The position numbers and the translations under genes are program-made. The notes under the pieces were generated by a model that saw nothing but the letters and a program-made list of their open reading frames with translations, made no database searches and had not been told where the DNA came from. Positions 52,188 through 64,000 of a stretch of 64,000 bases of DNA are shown in pieces. Each line of letters begins with the position of its first letter. Position 1 is the first letter of the stretch. The stretch comes from Styela clava (taxonomy: Eukaryota): assembly GCF_964204865.1 (NCBI RefSeq), contig NC_135264.1, positions 12,524,001 through 12,588,000 of the forward strand. The letters run 5' to 3'.

Positions 52188-55100
52188 ATGGAAGATATCC
52201 CCAACAATTTGGATGACTATGGATTTTTAACATGCCGTGGATTTATCCTCGACAAAAATTACGTAAGTCAAACAAACTCACAGTCTGTTGATGATCTTCT
52301 TCTCGATGTAAACAAAAACTCTCGGCCTATCTTTGGCAAACGACATCATGATGATGTCAGAATTGACAGAAGCAGAAAACAGGGTGGAAATTTACACAGT
52401 CGATTAAGTACAAGTCAACCAAGCTTAAACAAATGCAAAAAAGAAGAAAAACGAACAATAAAAGTACGTTTTGAAATTAATGATATACATACCAAGCAAA
52501 GCAAAACTGACGTAAATGAAAGTAGAAACAATAACGTTACTGACACGAAGCACGCAGTGACGAAAGATACAAACAAAATGAAAAATTTAAAAGAAGGTAT
52601 CATTTCACAAAAACCTTCTGAAGAAAAACGGAAAAATAAAGAAACTTGGTGGAAGCATTGGTTTCGCTCAAGTAAAAGCAAACATAAAGAAGAAACAAAA
52701 CAAGAAAATTTTGTTAAATATAAATCAACTGATGTTAAAAATACAAAGTTACACAAAGCTATTTACGATGTCAATGAAAGTGTTGAAATTCTTGAAAATA
52801 TAAGTTTTAGTGAGCTGGATGGTAATATTGAGCAGGTATCAGTTGATCCAAACGCTTCTGTTTATTCGACAAATAAATCAGAATGTGAGATTACAAGTTC
52901 AACGCAAAAATGTAAAACTGAATCCAAACGAATGTTTGAAGTCAAAAAACTAACCAGCAGTCCCTATATTAAGCGAAGAGTCGCATCAGCGGATAATCTG
53001 ATTTTTGATCCTGGATTACCCGAGCGAACCAATATTAGACAAACTTCTTCAACAAACAGTCGAACAAAAAACAGCAGTCAAAATGCTAAGTTTTCTTTCA
53101 ACTCAGAAGATTCGGAAAATTTTTTGAGAAAGTCTAATTCTATCTCAAAGAAAAAACAGAAAAATCAAGAAGTTTTGAAGTCAACTAGGAGCCATGCGTC
53201 TATAAAGCCAAAATCGAGATTCTCTTTTCGACTCGGGCGGAAACGAAATTCAATTCAACTTCCATTAGAAAATGAATATATGTCAGAAAGTTTAGTACAA
53301 AATGAAAGCACGTCGAAAGCCTTTCATGACTATGATGACATTGAAGGGGAAACACATTTGAAGAGTTTATATGTTCCAGATGGCTCGATGTGCTCTGCAA
53401 GTTCAGTTTATGAAAAATATCCCGCAAACAAAGGATCACAAAGAAAAGTTCTGGTACACATACACACCAAGTACGTATACTATCTGCATTTTTGTGCAAA
53501 ATCTATTTTATCGATACTAATCTAATAAATTCTTTTGAATCGCAACTTGGTCTCGTGCGCCATCTTGCGTAACTTGAAGAATATGTTTTTTTCAATTCAA
53601 ACGATATCATTAGAAAAATTCGCTTTTTTTATTTGAATCTGTGAAGTCTACGCATTTTTTTAAAATTAAAAATGAAGAAATATTTATTTTATTTACTCCT
53701 CAGAGAAGAAATTCCAATAAGAGATGGAATTCCGCAGTGGGTTGACCTTTCCTATCAATGCACAAGTGCGTTGCAAAGGCGCCACAGAAGAGAAGATGCA
53801 AACCAATCAAGGCGCTATTTAATCAGACCACTGGTTGAATCTTCATTCATTGGTGAAATAGAAAATTCATCTGCACAAATTGATAACAAACAGACACAGA
53901 AACAAGATGATGCACAGACGTAAGATATTTATTATAAAGTAATATATAATAGTATTTTATCAGATCGCTAAGTTACTGTTGTAATATATCGTGTTTTATA
54001 CAAATTTACTGATACATTCAAATAGGAAATGACATCATAATTACAACGTATAGGTACAGGTTTTCATTGTGGCGTCGCTATTTTGATATCTGGATTAATG
54101 TGACTGCTTTTTATAGTATTTTGTTATTGTAATTTTTGTTGCTTGGTTGCTTAGGTGCTCAATTATTGCTCAAAATTTCTATTCAACTAAAACCTTACTT
54201 GAATAGTCTTAAGTTTTATCTAAACATAATATAGTTATTTCAGTTGAGAAAATATGTGAAGGTTTTAAAAAAAAAAATTAAAAGCTGGGGCCCACGCACT
54301 CACTCACTCAGAGGTGAAGGAGAACCATATTTGAGTGAAGTTTTGGTGACCACGGAAATTCAAAGAGCTACTGAAACTAGAGGAAAAAGTTGGCACATTA
54401 TAAGCCAGTAAATATCAATAGACGCGATACTTGAAATCCTTAAAATCTGCACAACAGATATGGGGTTGGTGATTGCGATGAATCAGTTGACAGTTGACAC
54501 ATATAGTGTTGTTAATAAAAACCTAAGTTTTGAATAAATTTAGAAACGGTATTACGAAGACGATTTCCGAGAACGTGAGAGAAAAAGCAGACGAAAACAT
54601 TTCAACCGTTGAAGCTTTAGTACACTACTGCCCAACTAAAGTCGATTTAAACAATATCAACAACGAAGAACCAAACTCAAGTGAGGCATTGATATTAATT
54701 GACATGTAATATCATTGTTAGTCACCATGCCAACGATTGTAACAATTTTATGGTCAATATTGGCATGAAAATATATTTCATTTGGTTTCAGCATCAAAAA
54801 ATGAAAATGACGAAGTCGTTACCAGTTCAAGTGAGCCATCATATTTTGAAGTAACTACGGACGGACTGTCAAAAGGTAAAAATTTAATAAAATACCAATT
54901 TTTAAGCAATATATATACATTAACAGATATATAGATGAAGACTTAGAATTACCGTAATGTTTTTGGTCACAGCAGCACTATTTCAAGTATAATCTTTTCA
55001 GAGAAAAGCAGCACATCAAATTGTTCCGTAGAACGAGGACATCTAAACCAAATAGAAACCGAAAGAAGTTTTGCATTGACGGGAATGGCTACAGATGAGG

Positions 55101-58100
55101 TACAAAAATAAAATCAAAAAACGAAAATTGGTTGAAATATGACGTAATGGTATATTACTCAACCTTCTTTAAGTTGACATTCCTGATGTCTTCTGAACCA
55201 CACTGGCATTATATTATTAATTTACGTGGTGGTACAAAAATTTATTACAGATACCACAAATAATTGCGAGAAGGCATCCATATTTGGCAGCATCCGAGCC
55301 CGTACGACACATGGCTAAATGTTTGAGACAAGCTCCAATTTCCCGGCCAAAAGAAAAATTATCTCCGGTCGGCAGTAATGCAATACACGAAGGAACTGCT
55401 GTACAACAACATAGAAGGTAATTGTTACGATTTTTATTTTGAGTGCGACAATGTAAACGAGTAGAAGCATAGTCATGGAATTCTGAATCTTTCTCAGTAT
55501 CAGGCGGTGTAAAAGTTCATCAGAAGATGTTCCTGCTGAAGAACGACACATCAGCGATTCCGAATACTCTGTCTCAGAGTATACACCTTTGAAGATACCC
55601 CAATTGAAGGAAACAGCTTTTGGTATGTTTACAGAATAAGTGGCAAAAAATTTCAGTTTCATTTTCAAGCAATAAATTTATTGTTTTGGTGGGATTTGAT
55701 TAAGTAACACGCGCTCACTCACCATTACTACGTACCATTGGCTTATCAGCCAAGCACATGGACCAAATGTCTGAATCTGCGGCTACTCTCGTACTGAGCA
55801 GAATTACTATCGCAACAACACTACGTCAGTAGGGTAAAACTAACCCGTCTCTAAACAAATTGACGGACAACTACTGAAATCGTAGGGGAACGCTTATGAT
55901 ACCGAATTATAGTAGTGCAACAAACGGGTTTTTTATATTTGTACATCAATTACGATGTATTTGCAACATACTTAATAAATTTTTTCTTATATTAACTTCA
56001 TAATAAAAAGTACTGTTATTTTATAGGATTGCTAAAGCATAAGAAAACATCGCCAACATCTGCATCAAACGTTTCGTTGGAAAGGTAATCTATTGCTAAA
56101 TATTCGCTTTTTTAAAGCCAATTGCCCTTAGACAATTACAAAGTAATATTCAGGTATCTATTGCGTCTGTAATATTTTATGTATGCTTGATCGCATAAAG
56201 AAATATGCAAGAGTATATTCCAGTTTGGTAATGAGCAAATTAAAAAGAACAATAGCGTATTGTATCGAATTATATATATTATATTTACCTAATAATTGTT
56301 TTACAACTTCGCTCCATCACTAGCGGCCATTAACACGATTAGAGCAGTTTAAAATTTTAGAGCTACCATACAAAATTTATAACGCCCCGAAGAGATTATA
56401 TTGCAATACTGAAAATAGATTACATCTAACGATATTCAACATTTCAGAATCAAGGAAACTAATGATATTTTAGTGAGAATGAAGGAACGAATTCAACGCT
56501 TAGAAAGCATTAGCGACGAATCCAACTCGATCAAGTCAGAACAAACGGTATGATGCATAGTAAAAAAAAATAATCTCAACATCATCACAAACGTGAAAAA
56601 TGTTATGTTAATAACAACATTGTAATTTCAGGTATTTAAACAAGAAAGTTCTGCGATGTCATCGTGTAATAAACAAATGAAAGCATCTATTAATATCCCA
56701 ACATGCTGTATATCACAAAATCTTCCAAACATGGCGTCATTACCACTCCCTTCCGTGAAATCAAGAATAGAAACAATATCAGATGATGATAAAAATAGAT
56801 ATATTCATAAAAATTATGGGAAAAGTGAAATCGCAGATTTGAAAACAAAATATTCAAAACAAGATGACAAGTTTAGAAGGCTATTGTATCAAAAGATTAA
56901 AGAAAGAAGCTCACAAAATGGGGGTGTATCGCAGGTAGAAGTGCCACCAAATCCTGTTGAATCACAATTTACACCAATATCAAACTATTCGACATATGTG
57001 AGTTGCGACATACATATACCCCAGGGTAAAAGTACAATGACAAATGACTATGTAAAACACGAAAACACAAACATGGTTGAGAACAAAGTCATAGAATATT
57101 CTCCACAACCAGTAGCGTCCCCAACACGACGAAGACTGCGAATTATGCCATTTACCTTGCCACTTCCAAAAAGCACAAGGTACAGCAGTGAAGGAATATT
57201 CGGGGATAGCCAATTTGGTATTGATCATGAAGATATCGCGGGTTATGAAATTGATTTACGGGAAACTCAACTTCACGAACTGTCGGATTCATTGTCTATC
57301 AACTGCAATGAAGTAATAACAAAAAATCAGCAGAAGCAACAGACCAACATATCGAATAACAATCTTGAAGTTGTGTATTCTGCTGAAACTCAAGAGAAAC
57401 ATGATGATAAAACTGGAACAAAAATTGAAAATATTGCAAACTTTTCAACAAAATCAGATAAAAAATATGAAATTGAAAACTCAGCTTATCAATCGAACAA
57501 CCATCAATATGACAAAACGACTAATTTGAAGAAAATAGAATCTCAAGCACAAGTGTATCCATATATTACTGCTTACGTGAAGCCAAAATTGTCGCAGATA
57601 AGTGAGATACGGCCACACACGAATACCATTCAATATAATGAAAACGAGTCACCTATTTGTAACGAATCCAACGAATTCGACGTTTCTTATACATATTCAA
57701 CTGACTCAAGCATTCAAAACACTAACAATGAAAACGGTTGTGGTTACCTTGACGAGATTACTGGTCAATATTTCGAAAAATCCGAAGAAAAATCCGATGC
57801 TGAAAATAAGAGTAAGAACAGATTACAAAACATTATTTTTCAGCAGGAACAGATTAAAACAACAATTTTGAATGAAATGCACCTTGTCAGGTCAAGATAT
57901 TTTCAATCAGATGAAAATGAAATATCTCAAAATTTGTCGAGATCGCATGAAAACACGCAAATCGGAAAAAAATTCAGTCGAGATCAAATATTTTCCTCTA
58001 CAATGTCAGATATGGAGGAAGAATATAGTTCTGCCGATGACGAAACTCTTTGTGATTCAGTAGAAACAATTTCCGTACTTGGAGCGAGCGACGATAGTAT

Positions 58101-58368
58101 GGTTACTCAACAAGGAAGCGAGTCATCCTGTTACAGCCCGATTAGGTGTAATAATAACTCTGAATCGAAACTAAACTCATGTTTTAACAACTCAATTGCA
58201 TCTGGTTACAATTACATGTCTGATATTGACAATAGCATGCCAAAGGCTATAGATATCAACCGCAAAACTTGCGCTGCTCAAAGATATTGGAGAAAGAATC
58301 CAGGCAAACGAAACAATAATTTGAACAAATTTAACTACGTTTGTGATGATTATGAGACCGACTTATAA
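52188..58368 (+). CDS. Large uncharacterised, probably disordered S/N/K/E-rich protein (about 1366 aa, 11 exons; 5' end uncertain)
   Basis: Phase-compatible GT-AG exons 52188-53470, 53704-53919, 54312-54407, 54544-54680, 54792-54875, 55002-55099, 55251-55417, 55498-55622, 56027-56084, 56448-56547, 56632-58368 join the 445-aa and 570-aa ORFs in one frame. Ends in YETDL. Confidence 0.8.
55691..55856 (-). pseudogene. Degenerate 28S rRNA 3'-region fragment (includes the sarcin-ricin loop) in an intron
   Basis: Reverse complement reads gagacgggttagttttaccctactga...gtaattctgctcagtacgagagtagccgcagattcagacatttggt...gcttggctgataagccaatgg, matching conserved eukaryotic LSU rRNA with substitutions. Confidence 0.85.
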
Positions 58369-59657
58369 GTAGATTATTTAGTGATGTCTTTTGATCCAAA
58401 CTTAAACATGATTAAAGAGTTTTAAATTGCATAATCTCTTCTTAATTGTTAGAAACTATTGCACTAAAACAGCCACAGAAAGAAGTTGTTTTTATTCAAA
58501 TGTATTTGATAAAAGAACGTAGAAAATATTTGAACTCATGAATTTGTATAATCAATAATTTCAAGAGCTTTTGCAGTTGCATTTGCGTTAAAATGAAACT
58601 AAAAAGCAAAGGAAACAGTTTTTATAATTTGACCATAAAATGAGTTAAATCGAATCTATAGCTGAAAATAATTTTGGAATAACTCTGAATGAACATGTTT
58701 TTGAAATATTAGATTGAATTTGTTAACCAATTAAACGGTTGTACTTCGGTATACGATCTAAGCGGTGATTTCAGTTGGGGTTAGGGACTGAATACTATGA
58801 CAATGAGATAAAACGCATATCAAAGTGGCACCACAATTAAGACCACGTTAAGCAGCGAGGTCGCATACGAAAAGGGTACGCACCTATTAAACCCATATAT
58901 CGAGCTCTGATAATTTTTTTAATGGATACTTGGTAGATTTGATAAGAGGCACGTACAAACAGAAGAAAGAACGTTTCAACATACCACAATTTTCGATCAA
59001 ATTCTAAACCGAAAATACCGGTAATTACAGATTTCCTCAGGTGTGTAGAAAATTCATCATTACCACTTACATATACAGGTAGTTTAGTTAATTTTTAGTA
59101 AAACAATCTTATTTATTGATAATTGAATGAAATTCAATAAACGCTTTAACTTGAATGATATCCTGTTAATTCAAGTGTTTTAATTGAAAACCTGATATTT
59201 TTGCGGTATTGAGCAATTTCGATTCTTCTCCCGGACGAATGAAACTTTAGTGTTCAAATATTCGACGTAAATATTCAAACAAATTTTAAGGTTGTTTCTC
59301 ATATGTAGAATATCAACACGAAAATATTTTCTTAGCGTTATATAGAAGGTATTAAATTACCTTAAAATGCAACTGAATTTAACGAGTAGAAGACCATTAT
59401 GCCTATGTGACATTATATCTTATCTTTGCGCGGTTTGTAAAATAGGTCAGGAATAGTCAGAAACATGACATCGCGGAAGCCGCAGAAAAGGGATAGGAAT
59501 GTCTGAGCTAAGAATATATATAATGAATAGTTTTGTTTGTTACGATTGGAACTTATTACGTAACCTATGCCTTTGGCGCTAATGTTTTGTGTATAAAAAT
59601 AGTCGCAAATAAAGAATTTGAAGTGAAATAAGATTTGGAACGACTGAAAGATTCTAA

Positions 59658-62600
59658 ATGGCACAATTTGTTTATATTGTTTTAATATTGTTGCCAATCT
59701 TTGGATTTTCTGAAATCATTGAAATAGGAGATGCACTGGATTCTGACAAAGTAAGTCAAAAATAGAAATATTATACGTTATTTTGCGTGACATCCGTATG
59801 TTGAAATCTGAAATAATAAATCATTCTCTGCACCTTTTAGTTAACGTTTTGGGAATTCAATAATTTTCAAAAATTGCGTAGAAAAGTTCAGAAATTTTAA
59901 TTTTTGATTTAGGTTTTGCATTTTCTCATAAATGATGTATTCAACTCTGATTATACTAGCAACGTTTGATATTTTAGGATACGCGATTACATTCTTGTGA
60001 ATAATTTAAAAATTATAAAATAAAAATTTAAAAATATCTTGGTGGAGATACCTTTATTTTATGATTTTACTAACTAAGTCGAGGTTTGTACAATGCGAAG
60101 TAGGAAAAAAGGTTTACCAACATGCGTACATTGCGCTTTTAATACTATTCAGTATGCTGCTATATGAAATGAAAATACCTTTCCTGAAATTTGACATATA
60201 ATAATAATAATACGTATTTATTTATTTATTTTTTGCATAGAAGAATGCACTTAACAATTGGATTCCTCTCGCAATATTACCAACAATGTTTCTCCCGCCT
60301 TGTGAAGATAAATTGTGAGTAGAGAGTTATTTTGTTACGTTTATTATTAACAGATCTTTATGAATATTATGTATATAAAAGCATAAGTAATCGGTGCTTA
60401 AGAAAAATTGTAAGGTAATTCTTGATAAACTTTGTGTAAATGATCTAGTTACTAATTCAAGTAAATCTAAGCTGCCCAGTTTGCACAAGACGAATGATTT
60501 TGGCACTGTAATTCTTTGTTACATCATAATGTCTCGTGCGCTTCAAGGGACAAATGTATGGCAGCACATGCAATAGCGACAAAATCCGTTTGAGTCCAGC
60601 ATTCTTCAATAAAACCGCAATGACCAAAACAAAAGATTGAAAACGGACAAATAGATAAAACAAACAATTGAATGAATATTTATGAGGAGATTGTCGCCGG
60701 CTAAAGATGAAACATATTCTATTATCGATTGGTTGTGTGGAATTGATCATGTGTTACACTGTTTATACGATATTTTAAGGAAAATGGGTGCTCCTGAAGT
60801 ATGCGCACCAAGATGTCGCATAACCTGAACCCTAACCTGGTACACACCCTGAGTTCAGGTGTGCGCCATCTTGGTGCGCATACTTCATGAGGTACGGAAA
60901 ATGTGACACGATGTAATATATACAATATTAATGATTACTCGCGGCCCTTGAATAATTGTTTCTGTATGTTGCGGACCTTTCGTTCGTTGGAATTGTGCAG
61001 TCTGCTATACGGACATTGGCGTTGCATGATTTCACATATTGTCGTATTTTTATGTAGCCACGAGCCAATGTGCCTCGACTCAGCACCGAAAAATATGAAA
61101 GATTTGTCAGATGGTTGTGATATTGTTACTTGTCTTTCAATGACTCTTCAAGTGCAAATAAACGGGAAAAATGTAACTCTATTGAATCCTGTCAGCGTTT
61201 TCGGATGGAAATGCAGGTAAGAGTATATTCAATCAACCATTTTTGAGATTATTTACACCTTTGATCCAAACGAAATCTAAGAAACTATAGATTCGTATCC
61301 TTGCGGTATACGCATGCAGATCAACCTGCACAAAGGCACAGAGCAAGAAGAGGTAGTTAGTTTTGCGCACCTTGCTCCACAACTTTTCATTTTAAGCGGG
61401 GGTGTTTCCAAGTTAAAGGGGAGGTAGATATTCTGTTATTAGTGATAAAACTATTTTTAACCTATAAAAATGTGTATATGTATTTGGACTCATGGATGTT
61501 TGAAATCTTGCTTACAAAATTATAAAAAATTTCGTAAATTGTCCCTTGGAAAATAAAGTGTCTGATGTAACTAGAATTCATAATTGCTACCCAAAATTAA
61601 TTTTCATATCTCTGAAGTGCCTCCTAAAGCCCTTCGTGATTCTAAATAATAAAAACGAATGTAATTTATCTTAAACGTAATAAACATATTCCCAGAAAAA
61701 CAAACAAGTCGGAATATTTAATAAAATTAATTTAATCCGATACTTTTGACTTCATTCACGTTCATTGGTTGATATACTTTTTATTAAAGTAAGTGAAGTG
61801 AAGAATTTGAAATTAGTATTTTTCGATGGTTTTCTCAGAAAAACAATAAAGCTACTTGTGGTATTTGCTATTAAGCAAAAAGACTAATTCAATAAAGGTG
61901 TCGTGGAAATTTGAATTTATTATGTTTTTTGGTTTTATCTATTTCACCACAATCTTTAAATGGGTTTTCTAATCTTCTTATCCTTGTTTACTGCTTGACA
62001 ATTTAAAACCAGGCAAAACTTATTTACTACTTAATAGCGTTGTTTAGATATTTGATCGAAGAATTCGATTCAATTTGGAATTGTATTTTATTTAAGGCGG
62101 CATTTTATTAAATCAATATATATATATATGACTGAATATAGCAACTTTTATGACCTTGAGTCACATTTTTGTTATGGTTGAAATAAGCTTCATCATGATT
62201 TTAAAAAGTTTCAAAGCCGCAAAATGATGTTTGTAGAACTCAACAAGGTATGAAAGTAATTTAGATAAGGATTGGGTTTCCTGTGTGTATCATTATTAAC
62301 TTATGAATTCGTGATAACATTGCCTGAAGCCTAAACTATAATATTACAATTTTCAAGAGATTCAAGGTAAAATCGCTTACTATCTTAAACATGGAATGAT
62401 TAAATATGCATGTTTCGGATTGTTAAACCAAGTTTTAGATCTTAAATTGTTGTTACTGCTGCTGTAGCTACTGCTGAAATGAGTTGTTTATTATAGAATC
62501 GTTTTATTGTCAATACCCTCTGCCATGACCGAGTGATATCAATACAACTTTATGTTGTAATTAACAGAATTAAAATACAAAATATCATATTCTGACATTC

Positions 62601-63436
62601 TGATTTGAAATATATTTTTGATTTTAATTTTTTAATAAATTTTATTATGAATCAATATCAACTCGATTGTTGTGCGTGACAATGAATATGATAGTTGAGG
62701 ACATGTCCTAGGGTAAATATCGTGAAATGTTGTCATCCGATTGTCTGAAATGATTTAACATAGCGTACAAACTTTAAAACGTGGTATAAAAATTTGCTAC
62801 ATAAAAAGGAATATTTATTAGGATATCAATGACGAATAATTTGGCAAATAACAATATTCTTTTATTCGTTTTCATTTTATTGAAAAAAAAACATTTTCTT
62901 AATATATTACATTTTAGAGAACCGGGTTCATGCTTATCGGAAAAATGCACTAGTAATAAAACTCTTCAGTGTTTTATACGAAGAAAGAAAAAATGGTGTC
63001 CAAAATATGAATGTAGAACAAAAAGATGCGAAAGAAAACAATGGGAACCAATTGCAAACGGATTGTTCCCATTTGAAGAGGTTACGGTAAAGGTAAGAAA
63101 TTTAATTTTATTGCATCCGAAAGATGGAATGATTAATCTTTCTGATTAAGAACAGAGTAAATCAATCGATATAAATTGTAATCAGACTAACGCATCTTCA
63201 TAAGCGAAAACAATAAAAATACAAGTAAAATACAACCCATAAACTGACAACTATCAAAAATTATACGAACAGGCGTCGTATGAAAAAGGTAGATAATTTT
63301 TGCAATTTCTGGGAATTAAATCTACTCTTGGTTTTATTTTTAACATAATTTATATTTATATTTTTTAAATTTACAGTATCCGTGCGGATGTGAATGCGTG
63401 GAGATTGACTATTCAGATTCAGACAAGAAGTCTTAA
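59658..63436 (+). CDS. Gene D: distant secreted cystine-knot family member (186 aa, 5 exons)
   Basis: Exons 59658-59750, 60241-60314, 61058-61216, 62918-63092, 63377-63436; phases 0,2,2,0. Hydrophobic N-terminus MAQFVYIVLILLPIFGFS, then LPPC, CDIVTC, INGKNVTLLNPV, WKC|R and last exon YPCGCEC. TATAAAA at 59592. Confidence 0.82.
60787..60895. mobile_element. Short palindromic MITE (same family as 37833-38071)
   Basis: gaagtatgcgcaccaagatg ... catcttggtgcgcatacttc perfect inverted repeat, in intron 2 of gene D. Confidence 0.7.
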
Positions 63437-64000
63437 AATTTCTGAAACATCCGCCAAACTTAATCAGTGATCCGTGAAAGGTTCAGCTACTAAATTTGCT
63501 TTTAAATTTGTACATGACACCAACTATAAGTGTTGCTTTCATTTTAATATTGGTTGCCACTTTCGTATGCGTTTATTCTCTTGAAGACATTTTCATATGA
63601 TTCAGTTTAGACTAATATCAGTGAGATCACATAATAGCTGAATCGCATACCAATTCGACACCCATTATTGAATGTTATTCTATTAATATTTTATCTATCA
63701 ATGTCGCAAAATATGCTATATTTATTTAATGTGTTTATCTTGTATAATAATAGAAATTGCTTAATAAAGAAAGAAAAAAATCATGCCTTCAATTCTTAAA
63801 AATAGAATGCAATATAGGGATTTCAATTTTCGCCTGATGTCAATTTTTACCGCTGATGCATCATAGCTATCAAAACAATTTAAAGAAGAAGAAAATATAA
63901 CACAGGGCCCCAATGACACATATTTTTATAGTCTTCTAGTATTTAGTTGATGCCGGAAAAAAAATATTATTATCAGTTTTGTCACACATCTAAATTGTGT

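Noticed and set aside
52415-52756. Hydrophobic minus-strand ORF suggesting a membrane protein
   Set aside because: Antisense shadow of the Lys/Glu-rich plus-strand exon.

Overview
AT-rich eukaryotic animal DNA with compact GT-AG introns. It looks like a marine invertebrate such as an ascidian, but that is an unverified impression. Most ORF-track entries are spurious; the real genes had to be assembled by manual splicing. The window is dominated by an apparently uncharacterised family of secreted cysteine-rich proteins with Spaetzle/neurotrophin/coagulogen-type cystine-knot spacing (C-x4-C...C...C...C...GCxC) and shared intron phases. The family comprises a tandem array A1-B1-C1-A2-B2-C2(pseudo)-A3-B3 at 152-34329, a 657-aa minus-strand member (gene E, 41419-38481) with about 340 extra Q/P/Y/G-rich residues inside the putative knot, and a distant member (gene D, 59658-63436). 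Paralogous exons differ almost only by amino-acid replacements. Also present: a secreted single-domain fibrinogen-related (FReD) gene, an 11-exon orphan gene of about 1366 aa, a 7.5 kb non-coding repeated block, several hAT/MITE/SINE/Helentron-type elements and an intronic 28S rRNA fragment.
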